This document shows, piece by piece, positions 41,401 through 49,675 of a stretch of DNA of 64,000 bases; position 1 is the stretch's first letter; each line of letters starts with the position of its first letter. Made by a program: the position numbers and the translations under genes. The notes beneath the pieces are model-generated. The model saw nothing but the letters and a program-made list of their open reading frames with translations. It did not search any database and was not told where the DNA came from. The stretch is from Raillietiella orientalis (lineage: Eukaryota). The stretch is from positions 3,286,001-3,350,000 of the forward strand of contig JAYWIR010000020.1 of assembly GCA_036172245.1 (NCBI GenBank), read 5' to 3'.

Positions 41401-41737
41401 AATTGTTAGTGTACTTTGTTCTACTGTATTGTAGATGATTATGTTGTAGTAGTTATGATGACACAGTGTCACGAAATGAATTGATGTAACAAATTTTCCA
41501 GGTACTGATTTCTTTATATATTTCAATGCATTCATAAAATCATTTGAGTGATGTTTGCATATACATTCAAGCAGGAGAAATTGTTTTTGTTGTGTTAAAA
41601 CAACATGATCCAGAACTGCACTCCAAAGCATCTGAAGTATTACAGTCAACTTTTACGTTGTATTTTTTCTCACTGTAAAAGAAGTAAGACTCAGTCAGCA
41701 AATATTTTTGATATGAATCCTCTGGCTTCTCTGTAAA

Positions 41738-44700
41738 ATGGGTGTAAGTGGATTGTGGTCCTTATTAGAATCAGTTTCCAAGAAAGAAAGAATTGTAGAT
41801 TTAAGTGGAAAAGTACTTGCTGTTGGTAAGCTATTTAATTTTATTTTGATTTAGCAATAAAGTGTAAAGACCTTTAAGTATTTGTAAGTTTTTATCTAAA
41901 GTAGCATATTCCAACTGCTAAAAGCCTGCATGATAAATGTTACTAGCAACTTCTCAGGGTTCCAGAAAAATTTTCTTTATTCCTTGTGCATTTTTTGTTA
42001 TTAAAGCAGTAATTACATTCAAGTATTTGTGGTGTTAGTTTTCTTGATTTTTATTCTAATTTTTATGTTTGATACTTCACTGGTATACAAACATATTCAT
42101 CCAAACAAGAACTTTGGGAGTATTCTATAGTTCATAATCGACTATGAGGTGCTTTCCTTGTTGCACAGCAAACTGTTTGTTTTTTCAATAGAAACACTGA
42201 CATAGTTTGTTACAAAGAATAAAGCTTCAAAATATTTTTGGAGGCCATCTTGCAAATTAAAAGCAAACCTCTCATGCAATAAGTTCACAACTAAAAGTTT
42301 GCCTATTCTTTTGGTTCTTAAAAATTTGTCGAATTATTGGTTTTGAATTCTCAGGAAGGTCAACTCAGCATTAGTAATAAAAATTTGTAGGAAATGGCAA
42401 TGCATCCACTTCATGCAATATTATGCCTTTATAGATCAATTAATGTCTGCTAATGCTGTATATACTTTCAGAGTTTTCCTTTTGAAAGGTCTGAAGTTTG
42501 TAGGCATTCTGTGCTACAAGATATGTTGACACAAGAATAAACATTCAAAATCCCATCTGTTATCTGAATATTTTAGTATCCACAAATTATTAGCTGCAAG
42601 GTTAGCCGTTATTTTCTGAGAGAACATTGGTTTGAAGTAACAAAATTAAATGTTGTCATGTGTTTTTCACTTTTCGTTTCTTTTTTCTAAAAGCCAAATA
42701 TTAGCTTTTCTGACAAAGAAGTTGCTGTATAGTTTCTTTTTCAGAAATTTTTACTAAACACTCATTTTCTTTGCATATTTCTCTCTCCAATCTTTGATGT
42801 ATATATATTTGAATACGAGTATTGCTTATTATTGCCTTGTACCAATTTAGAACTTTATATTAGATATCTAATTAGTGCATATAAAAAATATGGTTCAATC
42901 CTTTCAACTTTCTGACTTTAATAATTAGAAGAAGTAATAACTCCGGAAAGATTTTTTTTACTTTTAACCAAAGAATCAGATGCTTAAAAAAAGACAATAT
43001 TGGCTTGTTTTTGAGCTTCAGTTTATTGTGCTTTATGTCCTGTGCATGTCATTTCATAGAACAGAAAACAGTTTTACTTTTTTTTTTTTTTCATGAAAGT
43101 ATGATGCATATAGTCAACTGAAAATAGCATGAACCCAGAACATAAAATATGTTTAGCCATGTACAAGCAGCAGAGTATGCCCGCATATTAAATACAAGTT
43201 GTTTCATTTTCCAAAGTTTTCAAAACAAATATGGTTGACTCGGTTTGTGATGCTTTATTTCAGTATTCAATGAAAACGTAAAGCTTTATTTAGCTTTCAT
43301 ATTTTCCTCAGCTACATAACCTCATTTTAATTACTGGTTGCTCCCTTCCCAGCCTTTTTGAGCTTTCTCACTTTTAAAAGTGGTTGATGCATTCCCTACG
43401 TGTATTCGATTATATAAAAAGGACCATCGAGTCCCCTTAGTCTAGATTTTAGAAGATTGCATAGGCCAGTCTCCCAATAATGTTTTCTGATTCCAGATGA
43501 AGAAAATCGTACTGGGTCTTTTTGAGTATTCAGAAACTTTTTTTTCACTCCTTTTCAGAAACATGATTCTCCATGACTTGTTCACTCCTTTTCACTCATG
43601 ACTGGTTACCCTCATCTCTTTTCTCAGAATTTCCATGTGATTCTCTGAGAGGATTGAACTACAGGAATGTTTATTCCCGTTTCCTTGGCTCGGAATCCGA
43701 ATGGGGCTCCTATGTCATCGTTTTTGCTCCGTGGTCCTCAGTTATCTCTAGCTATCCTCGCATCATGAGGAAATGTCTGCCTTAGACTTCACATGTAACA
43801 CTGACGCAATTGCCTGTATTCCATTTGGTGTGCCCGTCTTGCAATCTTTCCATTCATCAAGGCGTCAGCGCATTTCAGAACGCAGATGGCTGATTGATTT
43901 TAGGTTGAATCCAATGCCCATGCAGTTTTGATCTCATCTGAGTTGTCGGCTAGTGGACAGTAGATTTCGTATCACCAATTTTCAATGGAGAAATGAAAGT
44001 AGCAATTTCTTTTCAAAGGGGTAATCATGTTGTGCTCAACGAATTCCAGAAACTGCAGGACTCGGGCCTTCTCATTGTTTTCATGAGATTATCCTTGCCA
44101 TCTGGAGAAAAACAGTATCATAAGGATAATTGTAGACGATGAGATGATAGATGTAGACGATGTTCGGAGCTCAGGCTCATCAAAATGAGTCCTTTTGCGC
44201 AGCATCGAAAGGCAAAGAGTAGCACCCTCGGATGTATTCGTACTGCGACCCTGTAAGCTCTCACAGTGTGTTGCCCTGTGCTGTCTGTTGCATGTTGAGT
44301 ATTACCGACAATTGGCTCCCCTTGATCGGGTCTTGAGATTAAGTCGCACCTGCGTTAATGCAACTGGGCAATAGGAAATGGAATGAATACTCAACTGGTG
44401 GCTCCCACCCTTGAACTTTACCATCCCGTTTTCTGTTCTCCTATTTAGTACAATTTTTCGATGTAGAGCATGGCCTAGAAACAAAAAAGTAGTTCGTGTA
44501 CCACCATGACAGCATGGAAACAAGTGACAAAAAAAGAACGTGTTTTGCAGCAAAATTCAGGTCCGCAGAAAGCAAGAACCACACTCGTCTAAGAGGCAGC
44601 AAGAGTTTTCATGCAGCTTCCTTGATTCGAGATGCTCCCAAAATTCAGGAAACTTGCTCCTTGAACAGAAAACTTTCGCAGCACTCATAGGAAGAACCCA

Positions 44701-47700
44701 TGTCTCGGAAATCGAAGTTCTGAAGCACTTTGCTCACACTTTATCCAGTTCTCTGTCATTCTCGCGTCGTTTCTCAGATTTCAGCTAAGCAATCATGCCT
44801 TTAGCGCATTCTGTGATGTGCGAGACTAAGCAGTCATTATTCATGATGACTTTGCTTCCCTTCTCATTGCAAATCTTAAGGCTCCTTTTCTGTCGGCTTT
44901 GAAGTGAACAGTCTCTTTGGGATCATCCTGTTGTCATTCTCTCATGAAGCGTAGCCATTCGATAAATCTAGATCCGTACATCTCGAAGTGCTACTAGATC
45001 AATCTGGACGCTCCAGGACTGTCGCTGCGTTTCCGCCTTCCTGTCCTCGTGGGATACTCTCCGAAGTTTGTCTGGTTACAGATGTGTCTGTTTGGCTGCA
45101 TCAGTCCATGAAAGGCATCCGTGACAAACAAGGGAACCCCATGAACTGCGCTCACCTTCTGGGGCTGTTCTACCGCGTCCTGCAGTTATTGCTGAGTGGT
45201 ATCCAACCTGTATTTGTCTTTGATGGTGGTGTCCCAGAGCTGAAGCGACGCACAATGGTACTCTGGGAATTTTTGTCAGTTTTCATGAGACTAGCCATTT
45301 TGCAGTTACTGAGGAACCAGAGGAGGAAACTGTCCCTTGATGAGGAAAGTGAAACGACTCGTAAGCTCTTGTGCACTCACCTAGAAGAGAGGCTGCTGGC
45401 GCTAAGTGCTGGGCTGCCCCTCCCACCCATGCCTGCTGTGTTTACAGCAAAGACGAATGACTCCATTTTTGAGCTGCCACCATTCCCTGCTGGATTGGAT
45501 GCATCTCTTGGGTATCCTTCAGTCCCTTCCCTGCCAGTTCTAACTACAGAACCAGGATCCCCTTTGGAGAGGATGAGTCGGCAAGATCCTTGGAGAAAGA
45601 TGTGGACCTGGATGCAGTGGATGTGGATGCTGAAGATTTTCGTCAGCTCCCTTTACGAATCCAGCACGACATCCTCGTGGATTTGTGCAGTGCGAGAAAG
45701 AGAAGCTCTAGGAAAGACATTGAGCTCATGCCAGAGGTGGGAATGAATGGGATGTCAGGCAGTGCTGTGGACTGACCAGGTTGGCTGCCTCAGGGTGCCA
45801 ACCAGTTCAGTTCATTCCAAATGCAGAACCTTCTGCGGCGGCGGCGCCTTCAGGAAACGATGGAAGCTGTGGCTCACCAACTCGGTGAGGAGATTATCCG
45901 AACCCAGAATCCCACACTGGAACAGTTGCAGGCACAGCTTCCTCAGTATAGGGAGACTTCTGTCACCCGTGTGGTATCTCAGGATGCCACCCATTTGCTG
46001 CTGCTTTCGGGTAGGATAGTTTTGCTACTGCTGCTTGTGCCTACTGATGTTTATCCACTGTTACAGGCAAGTGCGATCCCAGGGTACCTGTGCAGAATGT
46101 GCCCACGCTGAAACTACCCTGTAAGGAAGAAATTCCTGGACACCTGCTTATCACTTCCCAGAAATACAGTTCCTTAATCAGCTTAGAAGGAAGAGGGGAG
46201 GATAAGGATCTCCAGGGAAATGGGGACATCTGGGAGGAAGCCCACTCATTTGAGACTCATCAAGACTCAATGTGCCCTGCAGCTTTCTCTGCTGATGAAT
46301 GTAAGGAGGAATCTGGCACCTCCGAGGACAAGAGTGCCTGTGGATCGGAAATCCCTTACCACCCAATGGAGGAAGAGGAGGAACCCATTCTCCGGGAACT
46401 ATATGTTCCAGAAACTGTCTTCACAACTCCTGATGTGTACATCAAGAGTGACAGTGACTATGTTGACAGGGACCATGGATTCAGTGCTTCCTCCAAGGCA
46501 TCCAAACCATTAGGAGTGCCTCCATGTCAACCCATTGAGGAAAAGGAGAAACCTATTCTCCAGGAACTGTGTGTGTCGGAGTCTGTATGCACAATCTCTG
46601 AAGGACACATTGAGAGTGTCAGTGACTATGTTGACAAAGACCAGGGGTTGAGTGCTTCCTCTACAGCATTCAGACCATCAGAAGCGCCTCCATTAGAGCC
46701 TGCTTTGTTTTGGGAGAAAGCGAAGGAAAAGTATCCATTATGTTCCATCATTGATTCTACAGCGGCTGTCCTGGATCTTCAAGATCCTTGTCCCTCTAGT
46801 TCCACTTCTGGAGGATCTTCATCTCTGAATCCCCATTTTTATGCAGACCAAGGTGTAGAACCTAATGTTGGTATGCAGGAAAGTGTGGATGGGGCTATCA
46901 GCTCTACTTCATTGTCTCCTGGTATACCTTGTGATTCCTGTGAGTCTGTTGTGGAAGGTCAACTAGCTGATCAACAGGATGCTTACACGTTTCTGAGGAA
47001 GGGTGGTCTTCTGTCACAGAAGAGAGAGAAACAAGAACAAGAGAGAAGCCGGCAGGAGCGATCAGGTAGCTCCTTGTCCAGTCAAATTATTTGGGATGCC
47101 AAGGTAACACCAATTGAGGAGAATCTGTCTCAGGCACTGTATGCTTACTCCTTATCTGCTCTACTAGGAGCTTCTTCAGCTCTTTGGCGTGCCTTATGTT
47201 GTGGCACCCATGGAAGCAGAGGCGCAGTGTGCCTACCTGGATCGTAAAGGTCTCACACAAGGTACTATCACTGATGACAGTGATGTATGGTTGTTTGGTG
47301 CCCAACGGGTCTACCGCCATTTTTTCCGACGAAGTCGTGATGTGGAGCTGTACTCAGCAGCAGCTGTCCAGCAGCATCTAGGCATGTTTGAAGGGAGAAA
47401 AAAATGCCACTGATCTACTGTTGTTACAATACAGGTCTGGACCAGAGACAGCTGGTGTTATTAGCCATGCTAGTGGGTAGTGACTATACCACTGGTCTGA
47501 AGGGTGTTGGACCTGCCACTGCAGTAGAGATCCTGCGAGAGTTTCATGGAGATGGTCTTAAACCTTTGCTCTCCCTGAAAGAATGGTGCCACTCTGGATA
47601 TCCTGGTTCCTCATGTACACCCCTTCGACGGAAGTTACGTTCACTGGTCCTGGCCCCAGGTAAAAGGGGGTGAGAAAGCAGATGCTACCACTTTACCCAT

Positions 47701-48182
47701 TTTCTCCCCCTAACAGATTTCCCTGATGGAACCATTGCTGATGCATACTTACACCCTGTGGTTGATGTATCCTTGGCTCCTTTTTCATGGGGCATTGCAG
47801 ATGTACCTGGCTTGCTGAAGTTTGCCAAGAAGCATATGGGTTGGCCTTTTGTGAAGACAGAGCGGCTACTAGCGCCCCTTGTTAAGGGTGTCCATGCTGC
47901 TACCTCTGCACATGTGGTAACCAAGGATATGACAAGGGACTTTCTCTGTTAAGGGATCATTCTCAGAGGCCCATCAACTCCTACTTCTTGAAAGAAAATG
48001 TCTCCAGCCGGGAAGGAAAGCAACCTCTAAGTCAGCACATGCAGCTCACATCATCTAAGCAGAAACGAAGATGCCAAGGAAAGAACACCAGTCAACGTCA
48101 CCATCCAAAGAAGCATGCCAGAGGACAGACACGTCCCAATTCATTGGCAAAGCTTTCTGAGAGCTCCAGTGGGGAGGAGTGA
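41738..48182 (+). CDS. ERCC5: XPG/Rad2 structure-specific nucleotide excision repair endonuclease, ~920 aa, 10 exons: 41738-41825, 45082-45257, 45306-45511, 45556-45736, 45794-46010, 46067-47103, 47168-47381, 47435-47659, 47717-~47916, ~47967-48182 (last junction ambiguous)
   Basis: N-domain [10 protein letters not shown]...[14 protein letters not shown]...[22 protein letters not shown] and [10 protein letters not shown] spacer motifs; I-domain [25 protein letters not shown]...[11 protein letters not shown]2[16 protein letters not shown]...[17 protein letters not shown]-like QRPINSYF; basic C-terminus. Acidic catalytic residues are present. Confidence 0.93.
43500..44560 (-). mobile_element. 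Decayed non-LTR retrotransposon RT fragment inside XPG intron 1 (antisense)
   Basis: Minus-strand FKGGSHQLS...SYCPVALT (resembles FKGG.....NYRPVALT) at ~44420-44350, followed by AYR/GRST with a frameshift at ~44260-44240. Boundaries approximate. Confidence 0.5.
45512..45555 (+). other. 44-nt XPG intron 3 with U12-type donor
   Basis: Donor GTATCCTTC; TTCTAAC at 45538-45544, about 12 nt before the AG at 45555. Removal is required to reach the [11 protein letters not shown] frame. An alternative in-frame AG at 45549 would give 38 nt. The branch site matches the U12 consensus only weakly. Confidence 0.55.
46354..46692 (+). repeat. 168-nt (56-aa) in-frame tandem duplication in the XPG spacer
   Basis: [56 protein letters not shown] vs [56 protein letters not shown]; the DNA anchors cagtgactatgttgaca and agtgcttcctc recur 168 nt apart. 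Confidence 0.9.
47382..47434 (+). other. GC-AG intron (53 nt), XPG intron 7
   Basis: CTAG|GCATGT...ATACAG|GTCTGGAC joins QQHL-G-LDQRQL in frame. The nearby GT at 47386 gives the wrong frame with this acceptor. Confidence 0.75.
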
Positions 48183-48183
48183 T

Positions 48184-48215
48184 GGGGGATACGGGGGTAG
48201 GGGTGGGGGTGGGGG
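48184..48215 (+). other. G-quadruplex-capable G-run cluster immediately after the XPG stop codon
   Basis: GGGGG-ATAC-GGGGG-TA-GGGG-T-GGGGG-T-GGGGG: five runs of at least 4 G with 1-4 nt loops. Confidence 0.7.
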
Positions 48216-48299
48216 ATGCAACAGACAAGAACAACCAGCAAGGGATGTGTGTTTTTTCCCCATCTCTTTTCATTTCCTCCTTCTCCACCCCTCAGCAGG

Positions 48300-49675
48300 A
48301 TGCAGAACTTGATTCAGTCAGTCAAAGGAACTGCCCTTGGGGTCGCCGAGTACCTGACCCCTGTTCTGAAAGTGGGTGCAAAGTTTTCTGCCTCCCATAA
48401 CACACTGCACTCTCTTCCCCCGCAGGAGTCCAGGTTCAGGGAGACAGGCGTGCTTACACCTGAAGAGTTTGTCATAGCAGGTGACCACCTTATCCACCAT
48501 TGCCCCACATGGCGCTGGGTCCCTGGGGATGAGACCAAGAAGAAATCGTATCTTCCCAATGACAAGCAGTTCTTGGTCACTAGGAGGGTACCGTGCTATC
48601 GCCGCTGCCGACAAGTAAATATGGAGAGGGAGAAGGGGGAAGGGAAGATACTTTCTTTCCCCTGTCTTTCATTTGCATCCTGCTTTTCTGTCCCTCGACC
48701 TCCGCCTTTCTCTTACCCTCGTTTTTCTCAGATGGAGTACGATGAGCAGCAAGAACGCGTGATTCACGAGGACGATGACGATGGAGGGTGGGTTGACACT
48801 CACCATTTCACCTCCGCGGACAGGTCAGAGGATGACTTGGAATGCGCGGTTTCGGAGATGGCATTGGAAGAGGTGACTTGTCTGCACCGTTCCTTTTTTT
48901 CTTTCCTTCTTTCCAATTCATTGACTTGAATTCATGAAGTCCTTCCTTACAGGACGGCGATCCTGACGGATGTAGACTGGCTGCTGGCGCGGACAACAGT
49001 TACGACGAGAAAGGAGGCGGCGGTAGAGGGAACGAGAACGAAACCGATGACAGCGATGGGCAGGAAGCATGCGACATGGAGGACTTCGAGGAGAGGCTGC
49101 TAGTGGACCATCTGGATAACGTATGCTCCTTGAGGTTGCCTCCTTCCACCTCACCACTCCCTCCAGGCGGTGGCGATACCGGCTTCTCTCGCACCTGCCG
49201 GAAAAGGTGCTCCGCCCGCAGAGATCGTACAGACCCGCACTTATGATCTGCATATCACCTACGACAAGTATTATCAGACCCCGCGGCTATGGCTCTGCGG
49301 TTACCGCGAGGTAAGATAGGACGCTTCTCCCTCCCTTTCCTTTTCCTCTTTTGGTCGCCTTTTTTATTTATTTATTTTTTTCCTTTCCTCTTCTAGGACG
49401 GAAGTCTTTTGAGCACGGACGAGATGTTCGAGGACTTCAGTCAGGACCATGTCCGCAAGACAATCACCGTGGAGTCGCACCCCCACTTGTGTATCTCCTG
49501 CATGGCTTCCATCCACCCTTGTCGCCACGCGGAGGTGATGCGCAAGATCCTGCAAACCGTTTCAGAAGGAGGAGGCGAACTGGGAGTCCACATGTACCTC
49601 ATCATCTTCCTCAAGTTTGTTCAGGCAGTGATCCCCACCATCGAGTACGACTACACGCAGGACTTCACTATGTGA
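48300..49675 (+). CDS. ATG3: Autophagy E2-like conjugating enzyme ATG3, 330 aa, 6 exons: 48300-48371, 48426-48614, 48732-48872, 48953-49120, 49167-49310, 49397-49675
   Basis: [81 protein letters not shown]; catalytic [35 protein letters not shown]. All introns are phase-0 GT-AG; 993 nt in frame. Confidence 0.97.

Noticed and set aside
48180..48200. Stop-codon readthrough from XPG into the in-frame ATG3
   Set aside because: A second in-frame stop (TAG 48198-48200) follows five codons after the TGA, so single readthrough cannot reach ATG3.
48216..48299. Upstream in-frame ATG extending ATG3 by 28 aa
   Set aside because: The extension is just the translated pyrimidine tract/acceptor; the conserved ATG3 N-terminus begins at MQNLI (48300).
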